A DNA stretch of 64,000 nt from Candidatus Multivorans sp. (GTDB lineage Bacteria > Acidobacteriota > Thermoanaerobaculia > Multivoradales > Multivoraceae): contig OZ245033.1 of assembly GCA_965224025.1 (NCBI GenBank), forward strand, positions 2,304,001-2,368,000. Direction: 5' to 3'. Below the pieces are notes generated by a model. That model searched no databases and was not told where the DNA came from. It saw only the letters and a list, made by a program, of their open reading frames with translations. Shown here in pieces: positions 11,923 to 21,980 of this stretch. The translations under genes and the position numbers were made by a program. The stretch's first letter is position 1. Every line of letters begins with the position of its first letter.

Positions 11923-12654
11923 TCAGCGGCATATCGCCGCGGGATCCGTCGGCAGGCGTGGGCCGCCGACCTGCAGCCTCTCCATCGCCGCGTACTTGGC
12001 GTTCACGTACTCCGTGAGCAGGTCCAGGACGCCGGCAGGCGCGTTCGCTGCAACCAGCGGCAGTTTCGGATTGTCGAGGAAGTTCTGGAGAAAGCCGGTC
12101 TGCGTGAGGCGGACCTCGGACAGGTTGCCGGTATGAGCGTCGCGTTCGACCCGACTGACCAGATACTCGCGCCCGCGGAGGAAGAAGTACTCCTCGTTTC
12201 TCAACAGGCCGCTCCTTGCGGTCGCCGAGCGCCATCCGGATTCGAGCAGCCGTCTCCGGCCTGAACCGGAGTAGATGAAGACCAACGCTCCGCCCGACTG
12301 CCAGATTTTGGAGAAGGCGGAATTGTAGTCGTAGCCGTTCTCGGTGATGCGCGCGTCATCGCAGGCGCGCCGGTAGAGCGCTTCCTGGTCGCCCGCCAGC
12401 AGCTCGAGGCGAGCCACCAGGGCCTGGCGTTCCTCTTCCGGGAACAGCATCAACACGGTCGCTTCGCCGCCTCCAGGAACGGCCATGGGTGTAGCCCACA
12501 CAGTCACCTGCGTTTGCTTGACCGTCCCCCGGTATTCGCCGGCCAGTCCTCGGTAGGCGTCCGGCGCCGTTGGCTGCGCGCTGACGACAACGGCCGCCGG
12601 CCAGAGCAGCGCGAGCAACAAGGCTCCATGTAGATGACAGGTGTTTCTCGTCAT
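11923..12654 (-). CDS. Hypothetical exported protein
   Basis: Signal-peptide-like HGALLLALLWPAAVVVSAQ after a probable start MTRNT (12654); no recognisable domain. Confidence 0.65.
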   Translation of the reverse strand: MTRNTCHLHGALLLALLWPAAVVVSAQPTAPDAYRGLAGEYRGTVKQTQVTVWATPMAVPGGGEATVLMLFPEEERQALVARLELLAGDQEALYRRACDDARITENGYDYNSAFSKIWQSGGALVFIYSGSGRRRLLESGWRSATARSGLLRNEEYFFLRGREYLVSRVERDAHTGNLSEVRLTQTGFLQNFLDNPKLPLVAANAPAGVLDLLTEYVNAKYAAMERLQVGGPRLPTDPAAICR

Positions 12655-12717
12655 GCGTATCGAGGGCCGCAGGCGGTTGAACCCCGAAGCACGAACCGCG
12701 ACCGACAATCTCCAGCG

Positions 12718-13320
12718 TCAACCGAGGGCTTCGGGATTCCGGAACTTCACATGGTCCACCAGGCGGTCGAAGAACCGGTCGAAGTCCCCCGGGTCCGACC
12801 GCACCACGGGCCCTTCCGTGAAGTCGACCTCGGCGAGCACGTGGCCTTCGAACGTTCCGGTGGCCCAAGCCGGCGGCGCTCGATGGGACAGTTGGTCCAA
12901 CCGCGATTTCAGTAGACCGAGCCACGTCGAGTCGTGTTTCTTCGACCAAGAGTCCTGACTGCGGTCGAAGACCATGATGTACCCGATGACGATCTCGGGT
13001 GAGTGCAACTGGGCGTTGGCCACTTCGCCCATGAGGTCGTCAATCCGATTCGGGACGGTGCCCGGGATGTTCTTGAGCAGTGACTTGAGGGAGAGCCCCA
13101 GCCGGGCCTTTCCGGCGTGCTCCCAAGCGACATCCCACTGCTTCACCCGGCCGAAGCCCTGGACCGCTACTTCCGCGCCGACGCCAGAAACGCCGCGTTT
13201 CTCGAGCTCCTGAACGCAGAAGTCCGCGAGGCCGGAGAGCCTGGCCGGGGAAGTCGTCTTCTGTTCGACAACGGCGACGCGATAGAGATGCTCTATGGCC
13301 TCTTGAACGGTAACCGCCAA
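12718..13320 (-). CDS. Putative type II restriction endonuclease (PD-(D/E)XK, XhoI/PaeR7I-like)
   Basis: KQWDVAW...LSLKS...NRIDDLMGE...IGYIMVFD resembles the XhoI-type core; directly downstream of a DNA MTase. Confidence 0.7.
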   Translation of the reverse strand: MAVTVQEAIEHLYRVAVVEQKTTSPARLSGLADFCVQELEKRGVSGVGAEVAVQGFGRVKQWDVAWEHAGKARLGLSLKSLLKNIPGTVPNRIDDLMGEVANAQLHSPEIVIGYIMVFDRSQDSWSKKHDSTWLGLLKSRLDQLSHRAPPAWATGTFEGHVLAEVDFTEGPVVRSDPGDFDRFFDRLVDHVKFRNPEALG

Positions 13321-13352
13321 CGCCTAGTCCTTAGGTCGGATCGCCTTCGAAC

Positions 13353-14372
13353 TCAGCGAACTGCCGACACACTGGAATCTGGAGTGTGCGGCACGACTTC
13401 GACCTGTTTGAACATGTCGGCTGCCTGAGTCGACATTCGCGCCACGGAAGCCTTGAAGTACTCCGGCTCCACCTCGACGCCGACACTGTTTCGGCCCCAC
13501 ATGGCCGCAGCCGACTGAGTCGTGGCGGTGCCCATGAAGGGGTCGAACACGGTGTCGCCCGCGAAACTGAACATCCGGATCAGCCGCTCGGCGATCTCGA
13601 GGGGGTACGGGGCGGGATGGTGCCGGGTGGAGGCTCCCCCGAGTCCTTCCCAGACTTGGCGGAACCACTTGTGGTGAAGGTCGGCCGGAATCAGGCTCAG
13701 CAGTTTGGCCGCGGATGTGGGCCGGCGGTAGCCGCCCGGCTTCCGCTGCATGAGGACGAACTCGATGTCGTTCTTGATTACGGCGTTCGGTTCATAGGGC
13801 TTGCCCAGGAACGCGCCCTTGCCGCCCTGTACTTCGTAGGCGGCGTTGGCGATCTTGTGCCAGATGATCGGGGCCAGATTGTCGAAGCCCACGCTGCGGC
13901 AGCGCTCCTGGATCGAAGCGTGCAGCGGCACGACCGTGTGGCGCCCGTGCCGGCGCCGCGAAAGGCAGACATCGCCGACCACACAGACCAGCCGTCCGCC
14001 GGGAACGAGAGCGTCGTAGCAGCGGCGCCAGACCTTGTCGAGCTGATCCAGGAAGTCCTCGTAGTCCGCGACCCACCCCAACTGGCCGTCGGAAGTCGGG
14101 TACTCCTTCAGGGTCCAGTAGGGCGGCGATGTGACCACGAGGTGGATCGACTCCGGCGCCAGCGGCGGCACGGTGCGGGAGTCGCCCAGGAACAGCTCGT
14201 GGCGGGTGGGCACCTCCGCGAGCAGCGCCTCGATGCGGGCCGTGGCGCTCGGATCCCTGGCTAGTTTGGGTAAATCGCGGCGCGGATTCTCCAAGGATCT
14301 CCAGCGCTGCGGCACCAGATCAAGGAGCGGGTCGGGCGGGTTCCGAGTCGCGTGGGCAGATACGGAACTCAT
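13353..14372 (-). CDS. Site-specific DNA methyltransferase, beta-class N4/N6 (SPPY, likely N4-C)
   Basis: Motif IV VTSPPY precedes HPAPYP and motif I DPFMGTATT; start ATG 14372 (MSSVS). Confidence 0.9.
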   Translation of the reverse strand: MSSVSAHATRNPPDPLLDLVPQRWRSLENPRRDLPKLARDPSATARIEALLAEVPTRHELFLGDSRTVPPLAPESIHLVVTSPPYWTLKEYPTSDGQLGWVADYEDFLDQLDKVWRRCYDALVPGGRLVCVVGDVCLSRRRHGRHTVVPLHASIQERCRSVGFDNLAPIIWHKIANAAYEVQGGKGAFLGKPYEPNAVIKNDIEFVLMQRKPGGYRRPTSAAKLLSLIPADLHHKWFRQVWEGLGGASTRHHPAPYPLEIAERLIRMFSFAGDTVFDPFMGTATTQSAAAMWGRNSVGVEVEPEYFKASVARMSTQAADMFKQVEVVPHTPDSSVSAVR

Positions 14373-14451
14373 GCCGGCCAGAGTACCACTTGGGCAGGTC
14401 CTCGTTCCGCCCGTCACCCGCCTCAGACGGTTGCGTAGACGCGCTGCCAGT

Positions 14452-14876
14452 TCAGGTCGAGGATCGCCCGAACGGCCGACTCGGAGTAGCCGCGATCGTC
14501 GCATCGTGCCCGCACCACACCAGTCCCGACACAAGCTTCGGCAGGAAACGGGTCGATTTAGGCGGAAGCAGATCGCCGTCCTCGGTGGCGAGCGCGAACT
14601 GCTTCGGCGTCATAGGCGGCAGGAAGACGCCGGCGGTGATCTCAGAGCGCTCGAGCAGCGCGACGATACCGTCCGGGTCGGCTTCGTAGGTGATGCTTCC
14701 GTCGGTGGCGGACGTAGGCGGTACGCCGGCGGTCTTCAGCAGGTGGTGGTGAATCAAGGCCGCCGGGAGGGCGGTCTTCCGGCCGGGCATGTCGGCGGGC
14801 GCGGCCGCCGCGTCGAGGGTCCAGAGTTCAGGCACCGCGTCGCCCTGAGACAAGACGGCGAGGGCGGGCTGCGGCG
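14452..14876 (-). pseudogene. Orphan 3' fragment of a DUF1015 gene (diverged duplicate of about 23352-23746)
   Basis: Translates to ELWTLD...HHHLL...LLPPKSTRFLPKLVSGLVWCGHDA, roughly 80% identical by eye to the C-terminus of 23352..24608; no 5' part. Confidence 0.88.
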
Positions 14877-14879
14877 AAA

Positions 14880-15121
14880 CTGAATCGACGTCGTTGCGTG
14901 GGAGGACGCCGCCGCGTCCAGCGCGGCGCTGCGCTCAGGGTCGAAGGCATGCCGTACGAGCCACCGAACAGCCTGGACGCACACTGCGTTGCCGAAGCCC
15001 TGCCTCGCCTTGACGGTCGTTGGCTTCGATCGGGAAGCAGTCAGCCGCTTGGAGGCGCGCGAACGCGGCCGATTCCAGCAAAGAACTCCGCGAAGCGGCC
15101 CGCCGTCGACGGGTCGCTCAT
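14880..15121 (-). pseudogene. Internally deleted C5 DNA methyltransferase relic
   Basis: ATG 15121 gives MSDPSTAGRFAEFFAGIG (motif I); about 50 nt later, in another frame, KARQGFGNAVCVQAVRWLV (motif X). The whole catalytic core is missing. Confidence 0.65.
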
Positions 15122-15295
15122 CCGGTCCTGTTCGCCGAGACGGCTCTCGGATAGACCGGCGGCGAACTGGCGGCAATGCAGGACGCTGCAGTCGGCTCGA
15201 CTCCACCACGGCGATGCGGACGCAGGCGGAGGCGATGCAGTAGCCTTGATGCTTCCCACAGAGAGTCTGCGGCTGGGCCCAAGGCCGGGGAGAGC

Positions 15296-15745
15296 GTGCC
15301 GGACACCTTCGACAGCGCGACGCGTTCGCGAATCATGGCGAGAGTCCAGAGTCGGAACACCGGGCCGGAGTTGATCCTTCGCCGTGCGCTCCACGCCCGC
15401 GGACTGCGGTACAAACTCCACGATTCCGCGCTTCCGGGCCGACCGGACCTCGTCTTCCCCCGCTTCGGAGCGGTCTGCTTCGTACACGGCTGCTTCTGGC
15501 ATCGCCATGAGGGCTGTCGTCGCACCACGACACCGGCGACCAACAGGAGCTCCTGGGAGCGGAAGTTCGCGGCTAATGTCCGGCGCGACCGGAACAACCG
15601 AACCGCGCTGCTTGCGGCCGGCTGGCGCGTCGGGGTCATCTGGGAGTGCGTCTTGCGCCCCAAGAAGCGCTCGGAGGAGGTGGCAGCGAGCGTTGAGCTA
15701 TGGCTGAAGGGACAGCGCAAGGACTTCATTGCCGGTCGTCAGTAG
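15296..15745 (+). CDS. vsr: Very short patch repair endonuclease
   Basis: PDTFDSATRSRIMARVQSRNTGPE, LPGRPDLVF, FVHGCFWHRH, NVRRD, GWRVGVIWEC; GTG start 15296. Confidence 0.95.
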   Translation: MPDTFDSATRSRIMARVQSRNTGPELILRRALHARGLRYKLHDSALPGRPDLVFPRFGAVCFVHGCFWHRHEGCRRTTTPATNRSSWERKFAANVRRDRNNRTALLAAGWRVGVIWECVLRPKKRSEEVAASVELWLKGQRKDFIAGRQ

Positions 15746-15869
15746 GCTGGCGGGTCATGGTCGTCTGCGGGCGCGTAGCGAAGGCCGGGGACGCGGTTGT
15801 GGAGCAGATTGCGCCGCACCTCGGCCCGGACGACGGGGAGTCTCGTGGACCGTGCTTCTGCGAGATCGG

Positions 15870-17507
15870 TCAGCTAGCCCGTTGCCCGATGCTCTTGGAG
15901 CGCCGGAGCCACTCCGACTGGTTGAGGGGAAGGCGTGACATTCTCTCGGCAATCGTCTGCGCTATCGACTGGGCGAACTCCGGCTTGAGTTCTCCCACCC
16001 AACGGTACTTTCCGTCGCCGCACTCTCCGTCGCCGGATTCCTGGAAGATGAATTCCCTCTCGGGCCCATCGCGGTTTGCGAGCACGCATTGCTCCACGGG
16101 GTCCGGTGTGAAGTACTTCATAAGCCATTCCGACGGATTCGCGGATATCGTCATGCGCCGAAGTTGGTCCGCTCCGACCGGCACGACGACCTGCAGGGTC
16201 CTGCTCTTGGGTTCAGAAAGGGGGACAAACAGGAAGGATGAATCCTGAGTCAAACGGATGCTGTCGCACCTCGGTGTAACACATAGGAGCATCCTGTCGT
16301 CGTTTCCGATCCGGCGGACGACCGTTCCCATTGACAATTGTCGCGAAGTGGGGTCGAGCACCTGGCGAAAACTCATCGTAGATGCGAAGAGACGGTCGAG
16401 CTCGCGGACGTCGCCGTCGCCTCCGGCTAGTCCATGAGAGATAAGGTCCCACTTCTTCTTCCCCTTCTTCGTCCGTAGGCATGCTGGCGGTTTCTCCTCA
16501 AGTCCATGGGTCAGCATTTCCCGGACCTCGGGTACGGTAGCCTTGTGGTTTTGGTCGAATACCACCTGATCATCGGCGAATCGGTCCGTCAACCAATGCT
16601 TAATCGCTTCGATTCCGGCGGGACGTCTTTTGCTGATCGTGTCGTCCATGATTCCGTGGAGCTCGCTGGCGATCTGTTCCACCATGTGCTGTTCTGAATC
16701 CGAGGGTTGCCGAAGAAGGGCGCGGTGCGCCAGAAAGGCGGGATCAAGTTCGCGGCCGAAGCGGTTCAACACCCGATACACGTTCTCCCTGACGGCGGTG
16801 AGTGCGGTCAGGACCAGGCCGGGCAGGAGTCCCTGGGCCATTTCGGCGATATCGGCGATAAGCCGATCGGCCAGCTCTTGTTCGTTTACGACCGTGTTCG
16901 AGCCGTCGGCCGGGGAACCAGGCTTCCCGTACACGACGATCCGGCACGCCCCGAACTCGATGGGATTGCGGTCGTCGGTTGTGCGTACCTCTCCATGAGG
17001 TAGGTCGAGGCCGTCGAGGCAGGCTGCGATCCGTGTGCGGATGTCCTGCTGGTCGGGCTCGCCGGTGTAGAAGGCGATCAGGCGAAGTCGCCCCGGCTGG
17101 TCTGTCTGCAGGATGCGTTCCAGCAGCGGCAGGGCATTCGCGCCGCTCTCTCGGCTCAGTCGCCAGTCCAAAATGAGGATGTCAGCACGAGCGACGGCTT
17201 TGGCAAGCGCCTCAACATCGCCTTGGCCTTGCTGGGGCGCTACTACGCCGCAGACCATTCCTTGGCGGGCAAACGACCATGTGATCGGCTCAACGTTCAG
17301 GGGCCGAGACGGATGATCCTGCGGGTCGGCCGTTGTCGGCCGGCTTGAAGAATGCTGGTCGGGTGGGGCCAGGTTGCCGTGGACCAGTGGACCAGTTGGG
17401 GCGGAGAGTTCGTCGTCAACGACCACCGCCGTCAGCAGGAAACGCCGGACGATCTGGCGGCAGTGCTCGCCAAGTCCGTTCGTCTCCCCGGAACTACGGG
17501 GCGCCAT
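15870..17507 (-). CDS. Atypical response-regulator receiver protein with large uncharacterised C-terminal effector region
   Basis: REC motifs: AVVVDDE, ADILILDW (acceptor Asp), IAFYTGE, VVYGK; C-terminal LLCVTPRCD motif; no HTH output domain; start overlaps the kinase stop by 14 nt. Confidence 0.82.
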   Translation of the reverse strand: MAPRSSGETNGLGEHCRQIVRRFLLTAVVVDDELSAPTGPLVHGNLAPPDQHSSSRPTTADPQDHPSRPLNVEPITWSFARQGMVCGVVAPQQGQGDVEALAKAVARADILILDWRLSRESGANALPLLERILQTDQPGRLRLIAFYTGEPDQQDIRTRIAACLDGLDLPHGEVRTTDDRNPIEFGACRIVVYGKPGSPADGSNTVVNEQELADRLIADIAEMAQGLLPGLVLTALTAVRENVYRVLNRFGRELDPAFLAHRALLRQPSDSEQHMVEQIASELHGIMDDTISKRRPAGIEAIKHWLTDRFADDQVVFDQNHKATVPEVREMLTHGLEEKPPACLRTKKGKKKWDLISHGLAGGDGDVRELDRLFASTMSFRQVLDPTSRQLSMGTVVRRIGNDDRMLLCVTPRCDSIRLTQDSSFLFVPLSEPKSRTLQVVVPVGADQLRRMTISANPSEWLMKYFTPDPVEQCVLANRDGPEREFIFQESGDGECGDGKYRWVGELKPEFAQSIAQTIAERMSRLPLNQSEWLRRSKSIGQRAS

Positions 17508-19223
17508 CGGTGTCGTCCTTCCGTTCCTTGATCGGTGCGATCGCGAACGTCGTGCTCCACTCGGGCCCGCGCTCCTCGAGCGTCAGGTCATAACCAACTT
17601 CACGCAGCGTTGCGCGCGCGATGTGCAAACCCATCCCGCGTCCCTCCGGCTTCCTAGTGAACCCGATGTCGAAGATGTCGTCCCGGTCCCGGGCGTGGAT
17701 CCCGGGTCCGGTGTCTGAGACGCGGAAGGTCTTCCCGGACGCGTCGAGCCGGATTCGGCGCTCGAGGCGCTCGTTTAGGCCCGAGAGCCAGTAGATCGCA
17801 TTGTCCACGAGATTTATGAACACGGGATAAAAGGAAGAGGGATAGCCCCGCACTGCGGCGCTCTTGAAGGAGTCGGATTGGGCCAGTTCTATGTTGTGCC
17901 TGGCCAGTCGCTGACCGAAGAGGTTGATCAGGAACTCGTGGATCTCCCACCCGCGAATGTCCACGGTCTTGCGGTAGAGCCTCCTTTGGAGCGGCGTGAA
18001 GAGCGTCAGATACGCGTCGAGGTGATCGAAGCTGCCGCGAATCCTTTGGTATAGCGACATCAGTTCGCGATTCGCATCGGCCCAGGCCTTAAGGCCGCGC
18101 AGTCCCGATCGGACCGAACGGATAGCGGCGCCGAACTCGTGGCTTATTATTTCGATCGCCATGCCGAGCTGAGCGAGCTGAAGGTCGGCGGCCGTCTGTT
18201 CTTGGAGCGTGACGTTGCTCTGTTCCACTGCCGCAAGTTGATCGAGAAGGGAGGAATCGCTCCTCAAGTCGATGGCTTCCAGCTGCGAGCGAACGGAGTC
18301 GAGAGTTCTCTTTGCGTTCTCCAGGGCCTCGCTGATCGGAGCTTCCAGGTCGGAACGTGCGGCAATCAGCCGCTGGTCGTCCAGACCGGCTAGGTCGCGT
18401 CGGCCGAAATCGGCCATTCCGGCGCGAATGGCATCCTCGACGTCTCGCACGCACCGGGCCGCTAGGTCGCGCACATCCTCCGAGATGCTCTTGGCTCTCG
18501 CGTTGACGTCGTGGCGACTGGCCTCCGTCTCTCTTCTAGCCAGCCGAACGACTTCATTGAGAACCGATTCCATGCGTTCTCTGGCACCAACGTCAACGCC
18601 CGCCTTCGTCACCTCCTTCGTGACGACGCTCTCAATCGAGTCCCGGATGTCCCGTATGCCGTCGGAGAGGGCCTGGAACGCTTCCTGATAGTCGCCCCAC
18701 TCCCGCTGCAAGGCCCGACTCAATCCGATGCGCGGCTTGGAAACCCGGTACATGGCCTCCAGCTTCCCGAGATCTCTCCTGGCGTTCCGTTCTATCGCGA
18801 AGATCCGTCTGGCCGCCCTGCCGCGATCTGCATCGAGGCTCGCCTCCCTGACGCGCTCCTCGGTCGCCAAGCCCAGTTCCATGACGCTGTCAAGGGGCCT
18901 GTCCGTCTCCATTCGCTGGAAGAAAGCGGTCAGGTCGTTCTTGAATTGGGCGCGTTTGGCCGTGGCCTTCGTGGCACGGGCACGCCTGTGTCGTTCGGTC
19001 TCGTCCAACTCTCGCTTGCGGGTGTTGAACCGGTCGCCGTACACTCCCTCCTCTCGGAAGAAGTCGGCGGCCACCTGAACTAGGAAGCTCTTCAGAATAC
19101 TCCTCAACTCACGATAGGCCCTGTTCTCGCGAAAGCCCTCTCGCCCGGCTTTCTCGCGAAGACGTCCGTTGTTGGCGGAGTCGACTTCGACCACTCCGAA
19201 CATCTGCCGGTACGAAAAATAGT

Positions 19224-20721
19224 GGCTCTTTTGAATTGCGAGTGGGTCAAGCGGTGTGCGGGTTGAGCGTGTGGAAGTCGAGTTTGCCGGCGATGAGGAA
19301 GAAGGCGATGCGTATGGTGTCGAATCGCTTGTAGCCTCTGGCCTTGCGTTTGGCGGACTGGAAGAGTCCGTTGAGGGCTTCGAGGAAGCCGTTGGTCTGC
19401 CGGGTTCGCGCCCAGGCAGCGATCGCTTGCAGGTGCTTTCGGATGGTGCGGGCGACGGCCTTCATGGGTTCGACCTTGGAGCGGTTCACGTTGGTGCACC
19501 ACTGATGGAGCATTCGCAGCACGACGTTGATCTGCTTGCGGTTGAGAATTTCGCGGAGTTGCTCCCGATAGAGCCAGGCGCGTGCGGTGCGTCGGCTGGC
19601 GACCCTCTTGACGAAGCGGTCGAGGTCGGCCCGTTGGGCCGGCGTCAGGGAGTCGCGGTTCTTGAGCAGCGTCCAGCGCAGGCCCTTCAGCGACGGATCG
19701 AGGCGCTGTTCGAGGCGCCGGGTCTCGTCCACCGCCTTCGAGGCCAGGGCCATGACGTGGAACTTGTCGAGGGTCACCTCGGCGTTGGGGAGATTCTCGG
19801 CGACGCCCTTGAGGAAGGCGGCCGACATGTCGATGGACGCCCGGCTGATCGCGGCGGGATCGCCGCCGCGCCTTTGCAGATCGTCGGCGAACTCCTCGAT
19901 CGTGCCGGACTTGCGTCCCTCGGCGAGGAACACCACGCGCCGGCGCTCGCTGTCGGCGACCGCGGTCACGTAGTCGTGCCCCTTGGCGCGGGAAGTCTCG
20001 TCAATGGCCACGTGGCGCAGTTCGGAGAGGTCGTCCCGGTCGACCGCCAGCTCGACGTAGCGCTTGCAGATCGCGTGCACCCGATGCCACGACACCCCGG
20101 TCAACCGGGCCACCGCAGCGAAGGTCATGTCTCGGCACATGGCCAGAATCAAGGCTTCGAACAGCAGCGTGAAGCCGGACAATCTGCCCGACCAGGGCGG
20201 AGTCACCAACGCCACCCGCTGGTCGGGGAGTCGCACACGGGGCACTCGCGCCTCGAGCAGGCACTCGTGCTGGAAGAAGTTGAGGTGCCGATAGCGCTTG
20301 ATCTGCGTGTCGTGCACCGGATGAGAACCGCCGTCCCCCTCGTGGGCGAATCGGCTGCCCTTCCTGAAGTCGATCCGTATCGTCAACCGACGCTCCCTCT
20401 CACAGAAGTCCACGCCGTCAACGAACCACGGCGCCGACACGCCCAGCGCTCTCGCGAACAATTCCCTCTGCATCTCTCGTCCTCCTTCAGTCGGAACAGG
20501 AGAGACGAGTCTTGCTCATTCCGATCGCCCGCGACTACCGCCGCCACCCGAAATCGCCGCGAACGCCCTCCCCACCGGACAGCTTGCGCCCTCGCCGCTA
20601 CCGGTCTTCCGCAGATTCCACAGCCCGACGGCGGCGGCTACGGCGGCGGAGGCCGCTATCCCAAGACCCCCTCAGCATCTGCACTCGCCCGCGCCCTACC
20701 CACTCGCAACTCGAAAGAGGC
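19224..20721 (-). mobile_element. ISL3 family insertion sequence, 1498 bp
   Basis: Imperfect 24-bp IRs ggctcttttgaattgcgagtgggt / acccactcgcaactcgaaagaggc (3 mismatches); 8-bp TSD AAAATAGT at 19216-19223 and 20722-20729. Confidence 0.95.
19247..20473 (-). CDS. ISL3 family transposase
   Basis: RHLNFFQHECLLEARVPRV, IDETS..KGHDYVT, IDMSAAF, DKFHV, TNGFLEALNGLFQSAKRKARGY; intact 408 aa. Confidence 0.96.
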   Translation of the reverse strand: MQRELFARALGVSAPWFVDGVDFCERERRLTIRIDFRKGSRFAHEGDGGSHPVHDTQIKRYRHLNFFQHECLLEARVPRVRLPDQRVALVTPPWSGRLSGFTLLFEALILAMCRDMTFAAVARLTGVSWHRVHAICKRYVELAVDRDDLSELRHVAIDETSRAKGHDYVTAVADSERRRVVFLAEGRKSGTIEEFADDLQRRGGDPAAISRASIDMSAAFLKGVAENLPNAEVTLDKFHVMALASKAVDETRRLEQRLDPSLKGLRWTLLKNRDSLTPAQRADLDRFVKRVASRRTARAWLYREQLREILNRKQINVVLRMLHQWCTNVNRSKVEPMKAVARTIRKHLQAIAAWARTRQTNGFLEALNGLFQSAKRKARGYKRFDTIRIAFFLIAGKLDFHTLNPHTA

Positions 20722-21980
20722 AAAATAGTAGTAGGAGGCGCTCTTGGTCCGCCGCAGCTCGATCTCCAACCAATCGTAGTCCGTGTTTCCGTACGGCTGA
20801 ATGCGTACGCCGTCCCGATAGATGTAGAGGCCCCCGATGCGTTTCGTCTTCTCCAACATGCGACCATGCTCCGCCGGAGGAAGAGTGGAATGCCTGGCTA
20901 CACCCTCGATTGCGGCAAACGTGATATCGAACGGGCCGCACGCCGTGGGATGCCCTTGTCCTTCGCTCCAGTTGATTACATGGTCGGTCTTGGTTTCGCC
21001 GTAGACGGATACGCTGCCCTTGAACTGGCCATACCGGTCGAATCTCCCCGCGATTTGGTGATCTGCGTTGTCGTAATCGTAGGGAGTGAAGAATTCGTGT
21101 TCGCCGATCAGGTCTTCGCATGTGCCGTCCACTCGGTGATCCCGAAAGGCGGTGCGGATGACGGGTTCCGCGCGGGCCACAAACGACGGAATGGTAAACC
21201 CCAGCAGCGCCTTGTGCAGCGGTGCCGCTGAACCGGAAGTCAGATCCCCCGCCAGGTCGTAGGCCAGGTTGTCAGATGTAGGCATAAGGTAGAAGTGTGT
21301 ACCGTGACCTCCGTCGAGGAGCGTAGGCTCGTCCATGTTTTCGGCTGTCTCGAGAGGATCCACCGCAAACGCTCCAAGATCGCCCTCTATCCGCGCCCAC
21401 TCCTCTGCGTCCATGTGTTTCTGAAGTCGGGCGTTCCTGCCGAGGAATGACTCCACCATGCCGGCTACGTCCTCGGCGTCGGGCAGGCTGCCTCCGGGGA
21501 AGGTGCGAAGGGGAATCCGGATGTCCTGAAGATTCAGTCCAGGACATTGGAAGACCCGCCAGTTCAGAAAGGCGGCCGTCAGGTCGGACAAGACGCCATC
21601 GCGAAGAGCCCGCGTGAGCACCAGCACTTGAGGGGCGATCGTGGCGATGGCCAGGCGACCTATTCCCTTCTCCCCCAAGATGGGCCTTGCGCCTCGCTGC
21701 GGCTTGCTGCGTCGACGCTCCGCGCGTTTCCGCTGGATGCTGGTCTCCGTCGCTATGGTGAGCCATCGGTCTATGAACTCGTCGGTCTGCATGCCGAAGC
21801 CGTCGTCGCGCAGCACGAACAGCCTGTCGCGACGGTAGTAGTCAACTTCCACGCGCCCGGCGTCCGCATCGTGCGCGTTCTTGAACAACTCGCTGATCGC
21901 GGTGGGGATGCCGGCGATCTGCTGCCTCCCCAGCATGTCCAGCGTCCTGGCCCGGGCCTTGAAGCTAACCTCCGCCGACA

